Source of the DNA: Tubiluchus corallicola
Taxonomy: Eukaryota; Animalia; Priapulida
Direction: 5' to 3'
NCBI GenBank assembly: GCA_030141605.1
Contig: JAQGDQ010000187.1
Coordinates: forward strand, 1 to 64,000
Length of the DNA: 64,000 nucleotides
The notes under the pieces were generated by a model that ran no database searches, was not told the origin of the DNA, and saw only the letters and a program-made list of their open reading frames with translations. Below, piece after piece: positions 1 to 13,199 of the stretch. The stretch's first letter is position 1. Each line of letters begins with the position of its first letter. The position numbers were made by a program, and so were the translations under genes.

Positions 1-1028
1 TATTAATTATTTAAGGTGTTGTCATTATGTCATAAAGGCATTATGTAAGTGGTATAAAATGTCAAGATGAAATTTTTAAGCTTTATGTAAGTGGAGGGTT
101 TTCTTGGGCTTTCAACATTTTTATCAATTCTTCCAGTAGGCACAGGACAAACGGTTTGACTACAGAATGATTTGACATCTAGGTAAAAGTTGTTTACTTC
201 ATTGCTCTCACTGAAAAGCAAACAATTATTAATAAAGCATTTTCAATAATGCATGGATAAAAAATTAGTTATACCTTCTTTTTCTTTTTTGCGTAACCGT
301 TTCCGTCGCCGATCAATGCAGGCAACTTCAGCTTTCAGAGACAAGTAAACTCTCCGTAGCTCCTGCAGCTGTTCTTGCAGATAGTTAATGCGATTTTCTC
401 CTTCAAGTGAGTCATCCACTGCAACAGATATCACATAATATGCATCGATAGGATAATACTGAAACTTCTTTCTATGAAAATTGTTATTTGTCACTGTTAC
501 TGTTACTGTCATTTACTCTTACAGCATAAATTTTCAAAACCAGTTCATGATTAGAAACATAAGCGCCACCCTGTGTGCCTACAAAAAGCTTTATTGTTTC
601 ACTAGGAAACCATTTTTAGCTAGACAATATTAAAAAGATTAATGCAATGTATAGCACAATAAAACACTCCAAATGGCTCCTAATCAGTCATAAATCTATG
701 TAACGGATGTCTTGCATACATTACACGAGTATAATTGATGTACAGCACAATAACCAATCAAAATAGCTTTTGGCTAAATTAAATTCCTAGCAGTTAAGTT
801 GTAATGAGAACAGAGACATTTGAAGAAGGTTAGTTTTTTGAAGATAATGAGTAAGCTTACCTTTGCAGAAATTCCATTTTTGAGGCCGATCAGGAGGCGG
901 TACAAGCGGTGCTTTGCTGCTTGTTCTTGACTCCTGCGAAGCTGATTCTACTTGGCTTGAACTACTGTGGTTGTCTTCAGTGTCTTCACTATCACTGCCT
1001 GTTGTACAAGAGTCAATTTTTAACATTT
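1..1028 (-). repeat. Inverted duplicate of 4153-5180, carrying ARID4 exon copies at 861-999 and 275-418; may extend left of the window
   Basis: Position i pairs with 5181-i. ORFs 30..221, 243..512 and 787..1026 mirror 4960..5151, 4669..4938 and 4155..4394. Mismatches seen at 665/4516 and 813/4368. Confidence 0.97.
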
Positions 1029-2241
1029 AAATATTAACTGTAGTACTTTCTTCTAATTCACTGTCTACTTCTTCAAATGGCACAACAAAAATTTCTGACA
1101 ATTATAAATCCTAAGCTAATCTAAGACCAAAAAGTATGTGCTCAGTGAAATGTAAAAGCTCATTACAATGCTCTTACAACTTGACGTTTCAATTTGTGCA
1201 AACTTGCATAATGTAATATAATACACAATGTGATACATATACCAGAAAAATTTTACTCATACATCGATCACTTTGTTCTCAACATCGGGAAGTATGTAAC
1301 AGATTTCAGATAATCTTGGATATATGAAGATAATTATAGTTGTTTTCAAAACCACAGATTCTTAATTTATGAGTAATTTTTTTCAAGTATTTGCCTTAAC
1401 TTTAACACATAACATATAAACTTAATCATTGTACATTATAATTTAATTAAACAAAGATTGTACAGCTTAGTTAGACAATTATCAAACTACTTAGTGAGTC
1501 AAACAAATACTGTAATTTACAATGAATATATTAGAATTATTAGCATCATCAATAAAACATTGCAACACTGGATGATGGAAGATCTCTTTAAAAATAATCT
1601 GCAGGCATGGCACACATCAACCTAGGCTATGAGCATTCAAGGATGGTCACACATGACTGTTTTGTTGTTGTTGATGACGTTGAGGCTGTAGATGTTGCTG
1701 CTTCAGCTGCTAAAAAAGATAGGATACATTTAAGTTTAAGTAGTCTTAGAGGCTTTTCACCTTATGAGTTATCTTCAATTGTTAGCGGATGGATACAGTG
1801 GTTTGCATAGCAACCACTCATTAAAATGAAGCAAATGTTTTAGAAAAGAGTGTAAAACTGCAAAATTATCCAACCATTATGCTACATCAGTTGCGAATGG
1901 AGACAAAAACTTTTTCTATCTGATTAACAATTTCACACAACTGAAAATCTCAGCTAGGTTCCTCTGCTAGCACATGAACAAGGATACAAATTCCTTTAGT
2001 TACAGCATAGCAATCAAGAATGTTAGGAACAAGACACCAACATATCAATGAAGATGTTAAATTCAAATAGCAATGCTTACATTATTTAAAAGACAAGAAA
2101 AGGGGTACCTGAAGTAGGTTTCAGAAAAATCGCCTTAAAAAATTATATTTTTTATAGCAATTTTACGCATACATTGTACTCATATTGATATAATTTTTTG
2201 TTTGCTTCCATTTTAAATCTCCAGCAATACTGTTCCGACAG
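1025..2241 (-). repeat. Inverted duplicate of 5331-6547, carrying the ARID4 last coding exon copy at 1627-1709 and part of the 3'UTR
   Basis: Position i pairs with 7572-i. ORF 1607..1810 mirrors 5762..5965. Mismatches seen at 1799/5773, 2157/5415 and 2166/5406. Confidence 0.97.
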
Positions 2242-5200
2242 AAAAGAAGAGGCAATGCAAACTCGAGCTGGGCGTCCTCACTTAATAACAAATCGAGACA
2301 AGTCTCTGCTCGAAAATACTCCACCGACTACTCCTGAGCAATCTCCACCACATAGACCTAGTCAAATGGGCACTTGTGAACAGTACGTTTGTGGCTTTTT
2401 TATTATTTATTAACAAACAGACTAAACTTCATTGTACAATTTGGCTCCAGTTAAAAATATCAATTTTATGTCATTTAAACTAAAATTGTCTCCTAAGCCT
2501 ATCTTAGGGAATATAAAATACATAAGCCTTCTCTAGTGTAGTGTTTATTAGTAGGAATAACTTTTTTAAATACTGGAAATTTTGTGATAAAAAACATATG
2601 TTTGTGATCAAACATATACCACATAGATTACTTAATCATTACCCAACCATGGAATTCTAAACAAATGTTGTGTACCTGTTATATTAAAATTTATTATTTA
2701 CAGTCTATACAAATGGAAAAACTGGGTCCTGTACATTGTATTTTTGTTTGGAATTAATGATAGTGATTTGATATATCTCCTTACATAGTTCGATCAGCAG
2801 TGTTAGCGTTGCTAGTAGTGGCAGTAGTACACCAGATCATATCAAAGAGGATACATCGCAATTGGATGGCAGCTCAAATTCAGACAGTCTTAGTAGCCAT
2901 GATGTGAACAGTCAAGCCCCATTAATTATGAAACGACATAAGTCAGCATCAGAGTCTGAGGCAACAACAACGCGGAAACGACGGCGACGTCATGTGGCAG
3001 CCAGCAAGTCTACGAAGCACCGAGCTAAAGCTGGTAATTATCATATTACATGCCACATCCATTGTAAATATAGTCGTGAGATCTTCATAATGCGTAATTT
3101 TGTGGTAGTTACTTCGCTTGTCTGAAAATAAAATACTGCTAAAATGTTTTCTTTTCTCAAGTATTCTTGGATTCATGCATAAAAGCAAAATTGTTCAGAA
3201 GAGATACGAAAACAGATACTAGTATTTTAAAATTTAAACGACACTGTTAAAAATAATCACCACTGCCTCCCATATGTAATTCAATTTCTGTACTTCTCAG
3301 CTTTTAACTTTATCTCTGTGACTACTACAAAGATATGTGATTTCTGGTCCTAGTTAAAATTAACAATCAAACATTTAAGAGCAAAATTAAACAAAAATCT
3401 GTTGTTGCATTATTTTATCAAAAAATAATAACAATTGGTTAAAGTTAGTATAACTTTTTCCTGGTGATATATGTACTTGCATGAAATTGCATTGTACAGA
3501 TGTTATGTAAGGAGGATTTTTTTTTATTTTTTCATCTCGAGCATGATACCTGGCCCACAAAGCAATGGTGTCTCTGTTTTATGGTTTACATTTCCCGACA
3601 TAAATATAAGTTTATCTGTCGTTTTTGAATGGTAACAGTGGCTTTATGCTGAACAGTTTTAGTAGGAACTATGACGTTTTTACCATGTAGCAGCTAATTG
3701 GTATTCACCTCTAAATGGTGGGCCTAGTTAATGTAAATAGTTGCAGTGGAACTAGAACTCATCATCATTTATCAATGACAATCTGCTGTGATGTGACACT
3801 GAATTAACCAGAGATGTCTTAGCCATCAGATATGGCTGTGTGTGTACTACATCATCCTTCAACAAAACCCAGAGGCAGTATGACAAATGAAACTACCCAG
3901 AACAATTTTCTTAACAGAAACGTGCTTTACTAGCCAGGCCCAAGCAGTCAGTATTGCCTAACTTTACAGCCACTGCACATTGTGATAATTAAACTGTTTT
4001 CCTACATCTGAAAATATATATTTTTGATCAAATATTGTACACAGTGGAAGCATTGAAAAAGTTGTTAGGAGTACAAGCTGTTTGAGATACTAATTGACAG
4101 AAAATGATAAGAGTAAATTCAGTCAAAACCCATAAAATTGGAAATATATTAAAAATGTTAAAAATTGACTCTTGTACAACAGGCAGTGATAGTGAAGACA
4201 CTGAAGACAACCACAGTAGTTCAAGCCAAGTAGAATCAGCTTCGCAGGAGTCAAGAACAAGCAGCAAAGCACCGCTTGTACCGCCTCCTGATCGGCCTCA
4301 AAAATGGAATTTCTGCAAAGGTAAGCTTACTCATTATCTTCAAAAAACTAACCTTCTTCAAATGTCTATGTTCTCATTACAACTTAACTGCTAGGAATTT
4401 AATTTAGCCAAAAGCTATTTTGATTGGTTATTGTGCTGTACATCAATTATACTCGTGTAATGTATGCAAGACATCCGTTACATAGATTTATGACTGATTA
4501 GGAGCCATTTGGAGTATTTTATTGTGCTATACATTGCATTAATCTTTTTAATATTGTCTAGCTAAAAATGGTTTCCTAGTGAAACAATAAAGCTTTTTGT
4601 AGGCACACAGGGTGGCGCTTATGTTTCTAATCATGAACTGGTTTTGAAAATTTATGCTGTAAGAGTAAATGACAGTAACAGTAACAGTGACAAATAACAA
4701 TTTTCATAGAAAGAAGTTTCAGTATTATCCTATCGATGCATATTATGTGATATCTGTTGCAGTGGATGACTCACTTGAAGGAGAAAATCGCATTAACTAT
4801 CTGCAAGAACAGCTGCAGGAGCTACGGAGAGTTTACTTGTCTCTGAAAGCTGAAGTTGCCTGCATTGATCGGCGACGGAAACGGTTACGCAAAAAAGAAA
4901 AAGAAGGTATAACTAATTTTTTATCCATGCATTATTGAAAATGCTTTATTAATAATTGTTTGCTTTTCAGTGAGAGCAATGAAGTAAACAACTTTTACCT
5001 AGATGTCAAATCATTCTGTAGTCAAACCGTTTGTCCTGTGCCTACTGGAAGAATTGATAAAAATGTTGAAAGCCCAAGAAAACCCTCCACTTACATAAAG
5101 CTTAAAAATTTCATCTTGACATTTTATACCACTTACATAATGCCTTTATGACATAATGACAACACCTTAAATAATTAATAATTTTCTTTTTTAGTTACGT

Positions 5201-5945
5201 AAGTCTTTAAAGCAGGTAAGCATAATGCTAAGTAATATAACTTTGCATGGAAAGTCTTTTGGGACATAGTTTAACATTTCGTTTTCTTCCCCTGATTAAC
5301 GTTGTGCATATATGATATCATATAATGGCACTGTCGGAACAGTATTGCTGGAGATTTAAAATGGAAGCAAACAAAAAATTATATCAATATGAGTACAATG
5401 TATGCATAAAATTGTTATAAAAAATATAATTTTTTAAGGCGATTTTTCTGAAACCTACTTCAGGTACCCCTTTTCTTGTCTTTTAAATAATGTAAGCATT
5501 GCTATTTGAATTTAACATCTTCATTGATATGTTGGTGTCTTGTTCCTAACATTCTTGATTGCTATGCTGTAACTAAAGGAATTTGTATCCTTGTTCATGT
5601 GCTAGCAGAGGAACCTAGCTGAGATTTTCAGTTGTGTGAAATTGTTAATCAGATAGAAAAAGTTTTTGTCTCCATTCGCAACTGATGTAGCATAATGGTT
5701 GGATAATTTTGCAGTTTTACACTCTTTTCTAAAACATTTGCTTCATTTTAATGAGTGGTTGCTATGCAAACCGCTGTATCCATCCGCTAACAATTGAAGA
5801 TAACTCATAAGGTGAAAAGCCTCTAAGACTACTTAAACTTAAATGTATCCTATCTTTTTTAGCAGCTGAAGCAGCAACATCTACAGCCTCAACGTCATCA
5901 ACAACAACAAAACAGTCATGTGTGACCATCCTTGAATGCTCATAG
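2242..5945 (+). CDS. ARID4: ARID4A/ARID4B-like (RBBP1/SAP180) chromatin protein, C-terminal exons only; 5' end cut by an inversion junction
   Basis: Phase-consistent GT-AG exons 2242-2382, 2789-3033, 4182-4320, 4763-4906, 5863(or 5866)-5945. They encode [11 protein letters not shown], the ARID4 C-terminal coiled coil [39 protein letters not shown], and a Ser/Thr-rich tail ending ILECS* (vertebrate ARID4 ends in ECR*). Confidence 0.88.
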
Positions 5946-8900
5946 CCTAGGTTGATGTGTGCCATGCCTGCAGATTATTTTTAAAGAGATCTTCCATCAT
6001 CCAGTGTTGCAATGTTTTATTGATGATGCTAATAATTCTAATATATTCATTGTAAATTACAGTATTTGTTTGACTCACTAAGTAGTTTGATAATTGTCTA
6101 ACTAAGCTGTACAATCTTTGTTTAATTAAATTATAATGTACAATGATTAAGTTTATATGTTATGTGTTAAAGTTAAGGCAAATACTTGAAAAAAATTACT
6201 CATAAATTAAGAATCTGTGGTTTTGAAAACAACTATAATTATCTTCATATATCCAAGATTATCTGAAATCTGTTACATACTTCCCGATGTTGAGAACAAA
6301 GTGATCGATGTATGAGTAAAATTTTTCTGGTATATGTATCACATTGTGTATTATATTACATTATGCAAGTTTGCACAAATTGAAACGTCAAGTTGTAAGA
6401 GCATTGTAATGAGCTTTTACATTTCACTGAGCACATACTTTTTGGTCTTAGATTAGCTTAGGATTTATAATTGTCAGAAATTTTTGTTGTGCCATTTGAA
6501 GAAGTAGACAGTGAATTAGAAGAAAGTACTACAGTTAATATTTAAATATGTTGATATTAGTATATGTAGGCAAACATGGATCTTTGATCTTTATTATATA
6601 CACATTAAAGCTGAATCATCGTCTTGTTTTCTGGGCAGGTATTTTTTACAAAATTTTCTTATCTATGGAAGGCTCATGTTTTTATGGGTCATTGTTTTTT
6701 AGTGTTACATGTTAATGTGCAGAAAACAGGACAGTTGGCTTCAGTAGTTGTTGTTATTTATTAATGAAATGTTTATTGTAAAAGTATTTTAACGACCATT
6801 GTGGACCTGAAATGAAATTCAATGTACGTGAGTTAAATTATTTTATCCTTCAAGCTGTATGATGAATGTATAAGAATCTAGCAATACAGCTGTTGTCAGT
6901 TGGCCATGAAAAGTTGAAACTATTTTTCATACTTCTTTATGTAGAGTGTGAATAATGTTGTGCTTTTCAGTACTGTATGTGTGAATTGATGAATGTTTAC
7001 GCATATATTACCTTATCGCTGCATATACAGAACAGGAAACATTTCTTAATGAAACAAAATTTTCACATTCTGTAGCTAACTTTTTATCTATATTGTTCTC
7101 ATAATGGATTATATGCAAGAAGGATAGACAACTCATAGATAGTAAATAAGAAGACAGTATTTTATACAAATCAATTTGTACTGTATTGTAAACCAGTTAG
7201 TAAGCAATTATTGTTTCTCATTCTTATAATTGTTGCTACAATAAACTACACTTGCATTGGTGTATGAAATAATTTTATTTCTGTGTACAAAATTTAGTAA
7301 ATGCAATCTATTTTTTCTTACATATTCTACATTCCAGAAAAGGTTTTATCACCTTAAAAATTTTAAATTTGGTAGTAAATTGCAAGGTGTGTTGGTTCAG
7401 GACACTATGTAAAGCAGTTAAGAGTTTGAATGGATATATAGCTTTATTATTGATGCTTGGTAATGTTTCGCTTTGTTGTTGCTTGGTAACGGCTGCTGTT
7501 TTTTTCTGCATAATTTTTAAAAATCGGTAACCAAAATTTCGCTGATTTTAGAGAAACACTAGTAGGAACTTGTATTATAGGTTTGGACTTAAGTGTGATT
7601 AGGTAAAAACAGAATTGGTATAACGAAGCCAAGTTATTCTGTACAGACGGTTGTGTTTATTGTGAGAAATGTGCAGTGATGTTTGCAACTAAGTTGAATT
7701 TCCCTTCTGACAACTAGTTGCCTTTTAACTGGTGTAAGCAGCCATTTTTTGGATGAATGCAGCATTGTGGTTTTGATAGCCAAAAAGTATTCATAAAAAA
7801 TTCCGTTACAGATTGGTTCGATTTGTGGTTTTTGATATGGGACGATAGAAATGTTACAAAAGCAATGCAATACCAGTATTTATGGCATTCAGTTTGTTGC
7901 AACCCGTAACGAAACAATACCCAAAAAATTACTTGACAAGTGAAATATACCTTTTAGTAACACAATAACGTTGGAGTTAAAAAAAACTACATTTGTCCTT
8001 TACGCAATAAACAAGCAAACAATCATTATTTCTACCAGAGCCTATGAAAAGCATACATTGCAAAATTTAGTTTAGAATAGGGATTAGTCCTGCCATACAT
8101 GAGTTGCTAGGGAATCCCTGCGAATTTTATACTTAAATTTTTAACTATTTTCTGCATTGCATATTAATGAGATGCATGTTGAATCTACTTCATTTTATTG
8201 TATCAAAAGAGAGGGGCTAAAACAATCACATTGTCCCTCAATTATATAACGTCAGCCGTCCACGGCTCACGACTTTGCTGTTCTCTATCTCACGACGAAA
8301 ATTTTTCTTTTAAATATTTCTTTAATAACTACAAGTTGTTACACCTCATTAATGTGCAAAGTTTTAATATGTAATTTTGTTACCGTTTCTCTGCTACACG
8401 CACTAACGCGTTTCAATTTGCCTTAATACTGTTATATTTTGTTGATTTTTTGATTTACTGCCAAGTTTTGAACTGGCAATATAAAGCATAATCGTGATTA
8501 TTGTTTTTCTTTCTGCATAATTAAATGAAGATAACGAAGAAAGACATGCACTAACTGCTAACGTAACTGCTGTAAATAAGTTGTTATACTTTATGAAGAT
8601 TTTTGTACTATACAGTAGTTGCTACATGGATAAAATAAATTTCAAGTGTTTTACAACAAAATTTTGTTCGTAGACTATTTTTTGAGCACAACGTTTTTGT
8701 GCATAATTTGTAAAATGTTAGCCAGCTAGCACGTTTAGTAGGAATGCACACGTTTAAGCAGGCAAAATTATAATGAACATTACGAACTACGACTTCTCAG
8801 AATCTTACATTGCTGTTTTATAATCAGTTACTATTCATCAATATTAGATGAGTTTTTTTTAGGATAATGGTCTTGCAACATTTAACTATGGCGTAGCACA

Positions 8901-9994
8901 CGTAAACTTAATTTATAACAAGTACATTTCAAAGGTAATTGTATCACAAAAATTCAGTAGACAGATTTTTTTACCAAGTACTCTGACTACAGTTTGACTT
9001 CGTTTATTCATTCATGAGTTCTTGTTGCATGAACCGAAAGAAAACGAATTCAGAATAATAGAGGTAAAGTCAAGTAAACAACGACAATGGGAAGTCATAA
9101 TTAGGGTTCGATATCGCCGCAGCCGGCCATTAAACAATGGCTTAACTAAATGCCTGTTTTACACTATCCTCTAATGCGATAACACTCGCATTAAATGACT
9201 CGTTTGTCACAATCTCTGGAATTCTCATCATGTTTGATTATTGCATTCAAGATGTAAACTTATTGTTTGACCAAGAACCAAGTTAATATAGCTGTTAAAA
9301 GTAGCTACATAGTTGGTCGCCACCACTCGCCACTAATTCATTTAATGTACAATGAAATCTTTCGTTATTACTTTTCTACCACTATCGGTGATGTTTAACA
9401 TTACTTTGCCTGTGAATTACCCTTCCACATCGACACTCCTTATTTGACCTGATTCAACATCAAAAACGCACCTCTTGTTTGTTCTTATAAGTTTAATATT
9501 TAACTTTTAACATTTAATGTTAGAATTATAAATGCGCTGAATATAAGTGAAATTGAGCCGGTTACTGCACAGTCTGCACATAATGTTGTTCATCCGATTG
9601 TTTGAACTTTGAGCTAAAAACAATTACAGGTTGTACTCTGGGTCAAGCTGGTTCAATTGCAATAACGACGATTCAGTCATTACGCCTGTGTGAGCATAGG
9701 TAAATATGTAATATGGACCGCATTTTTATTCAAAATTATTACATTATTACTCAAGATGTTTATATGTATCTTATGCTGCGGTTAGTGATCATAATTTTTC
9801 AGAAATTAAGTGTAATTTCTGCCTTTTAATTTTCTTATGATTCAACTCTAACTATTTACTACTGCGTGCCCACAAAAATGTATAACGCATAATCACAAAT
9901 AAACATGTCCATGCGCCCAATATTGGCTGCCTAAGTCTTCTTTACTATTGCTTGTGATACAAATTGAGCGCTTATTCACGTTGACGTTAATACT

Positions 9995-10094
<100 letters not shown>

Positions 10095-10529
10095 GTTTCT
10101 TTATTATCAAAACCAAACAAGTTGAACTATATTACAATGTAAAAATTGTAAAATATGAAGGAATTAAAAGTTTAATTAAAAACAGCATTATAAATTATTT
10201 AATAGAGGTAAGCAAATTGAGTTTAAACTTATGTTTGAAAGTTAGTCTATGAGATAAAACTGTTAAGAATTTTTCTGTTATACATTATGGTAAGGGGTGT
10301 TTCAGGCAGCGGCAAGTACTTATATCTGTGAGTATACGCATCTGGCAATATTTCACTGTATGAGTATGTATTGTTATCAGTATACTAACAATAACATTAC
10401 TTGAATCGATAAAACCAACTTTTTACGGGAATTTTCGCATCTCGAAAACTCGGCGAAAGTTCTTAACACGCCTACAGCCAGCTATGGCTGTGAGCTCGCA
10501 ATTCCATTAAGCCGTGTTAACAACTTTTT

Positions 10530-10840
10530 AACAAGGTCCGTACTCCGAAGCGTGGGGTCCAGTTGTTAGTGGAGCCTCCAATGACGATCTAATTAACGCA
10601 TAAAGCGCTCGCCAATTACCTTTTTTAAAACATTGTAAAACAAATAAACAAACGATCAGCAAAAACATTGAAACATAGATATGCGAGTATTTCACTGGAT
10701 TCACAGTATCAAGAAACTTCGCGCGCACTGGGCACACATTATCATCGTAATATCCTCCGCTCGAACGCTTGAGCGGGGTCTCTTTTTGGCGTGGGGCCCA
10801 ATTTTAATAAATCTGTCTAACTGACTTAAAACCGGCCCTC
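10530..10840. mobile_element. Possible small non-autonomous DNA element (MITE-like)
   Basis: GC-richer island with imperfect inverted ends (caaggtccg ... accggccct), repeated gcgtgggg(t/c)cca motifs and an internal hairpin ccgctcgaacgcttgagcgg. Confidence 0.35.
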
Positions 10841-11479
10841 ATCCCAAAACATATGAACATACCCACTTTGGGCGTTAAGATGATTGGACATTTGAAACTG
10901 CATAAAAACGAATGCCTGTAGGTGTTGGTCATTTAGATTTAAACCTGTGTAACGTTTCTTGTTTTTCTTTCCTTTTGTTTGTTTCCTTTTCATTGTAAAA
11001 ATATGTACGAAATGATGTGGCTTTTCACAAAACAAATTAAAGAATGCCGTGCTGTTGTTGATTTAAATTCTCGTCATCTTCATGGCGGTCTCGCTTTATA
11101 AACAAAGATCAGTACTTTGAGGCCTAGTTCAAATTTGCCCGCATGTGGTTGCTATATATTACATGTATTCATCGCTTATGTAAACTCGGGTATTTGATTT
11201 GTAACTAAGCAACGACCAACCCACAACGTCCGTTAAATTACCGCGGTCTTCCAAATGTAGTTCAGTCCAACTTTTGGAGGCGTCCAATTACCATGTAACT
11301 CATTTGTAGCACAAGTATGTTGTGAAATAAAGGTAAGTTGCGGGCTGTAATACGTTTTTAGATTAATTATAACACAATTCTTGTTAAATGTGATCAAATA
11401 CGCGGAATGTAGTTATGTAAAGACTAACAAATTAAAAATTTATAATTACTGTTCTCGAATAGACAGGTCACTCTGGTTT

Positions 11480-12403
11480 ACCGGCTACGTGACATTTAGG
11501 CGGGGCCTTTTTAGCCCGGGTCATTTGAGCACAGGACACTTGCATGAGTGCGAGAAATTTTGGGCACGGGACATTTGGGCAAGGGACACTTCGGCATGAG
11601 ACATTTGGGCATCAGTAAAATTTAATATTTTACCCATTTTTTTAGTTTTTGTATATTCAATTTTTAATGACTCTAACTTTTTCCTAACTTTCTAACTTTC
11701 ACATAAGAATCATCGCTTCGCTAAATTGACTTTGAATTTTTTTAGTTTTCATTTTAATTTATGTGTAGTTTTAAACTGAACGAAGCAGAAGAACGCTAAG
11801 CAATGTTTATATTAGTATTTTTTAATGACAGCGTAATAAAATCAGCATTTTATTTCAAAAATATCTAGTGCATCACAAAAATAGTAAATAACAGAAACGT
11901 GCATTACGAAAGATCTGTTACAACTAGGGCAATAATTTAATCAGTATCATCACAATTCTTCCATTGGGCATTGTTTAGTTCATTAGTTGCTTATAACTAA
12001 ATGTCAACTTGAACACGACTAGCTAGATCAATTACATGTAGTAAGTAAAATTAAATGATGTATGCTCATCAATATCAAGATCAACAATACCTGTAAGCAT
12101 TTTTGCTTATCTTTTGCGAAATGTAATAAAGTCATGATAATATTACCATTCAGCAGCATTGCTTTTAGACGTGCTAAATGAGTTACATGTATAGGTAATA
12201 TACTGTAGTTGTTTATAGTTTTACACGATCGTACTCTCGACAATAATTATTTGTTTTAAAGTTTATGGTAATTAGGTAGTGGACGAGGATTTCCATATAA
12301 CAGCGTGATTTTTAGTGCAAAACAGAAACAATATGCTCTTGTGTGATCACTAACATCTGCGCTGGCGTCCAAATGTCTCGCGCCCAAAAAACCGTGCCCA
12401 ATT
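11480..12403. mobile_element. Non-autonomous DNA transposon with subterminal ~15-bp repeats (MULE-like)
   Basis: Left end has tandem ggacatttgggc-type units (11490-11612); right end has the inverted motif (gtccaaatgtctcgcgcccaaaaaaccgtgcccaattt, about 12366-12403). Family assignment is inference. Confidence 0.6.
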
Positions 12404-13199
12404 TTGTACTTAATCTATGTACTTATTGCTAAATCTTTAGTTATAAACTAAAGCTTGCACCAATTTTGCCCGATGCACCGAGTTTTACTGGCGCGGCTGA
12501 GGTTGTGATTTCCACAGATTTCACAATGGGATTGGTAATTCACGCCATTTTACTGGTTACTAACATTCTGTACAAAGTTCACACTCACTAGCAATCAAAC
12601 AAAGAGACAAACGTTAAAGGGAGACTGAAATGAGCATTTGATCCACTATGTATTTTATGGCTGCCAGCTACTAGTTGGAAATGATTAGACAACAAATTAT
12701 AATTTTGTAGACGGCTAAAATGAATTTTCCCTCCATAAGCTAGAGTAAGTGCAGAAAAATAAGAGGAAAATGCGAAAACACGAACAATTGCTAACATAAT
12801 ATTAATTTTGATGATTTTTTTATGTGCGTTTCTTTTTTCTTTCTTTCCAGGCGTCCACCTGGAGCTTCTTGCATTTAATTTCTTTAATGTAGAAGTTTGA
12901 TTAAAGCCTAAATATTGTTTGTAAGATATGTTTTTTTTTACCAAAATATTTGACACTAGCTGAACCATAATTTATGCCTTTCTAGAGATATAATGTTTCA
13001 CCATATTTTTGGCTATTTTTTATTTTAAGGAGGCCTGTCTTCAAAGTTAGTAACGTACACTCGGGGCTTAGAGAGCAAACAATTTAAAAGGCATATTCGC
13101 TAAAGATCAAAAGGAATTGCCGCCAATAAAACAACGCTCGTTTTGTGCTTGGCTAAAATTTGTTTTCTCTTATTAAGTAAATAAATTCCAATATTTCTG

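Noticed and set aside
1607-1810. 67-aa ORF present twice (also 5762..5965)
   Set aside because: Antisense reading of the ARID4 last exon and its inverted copy.
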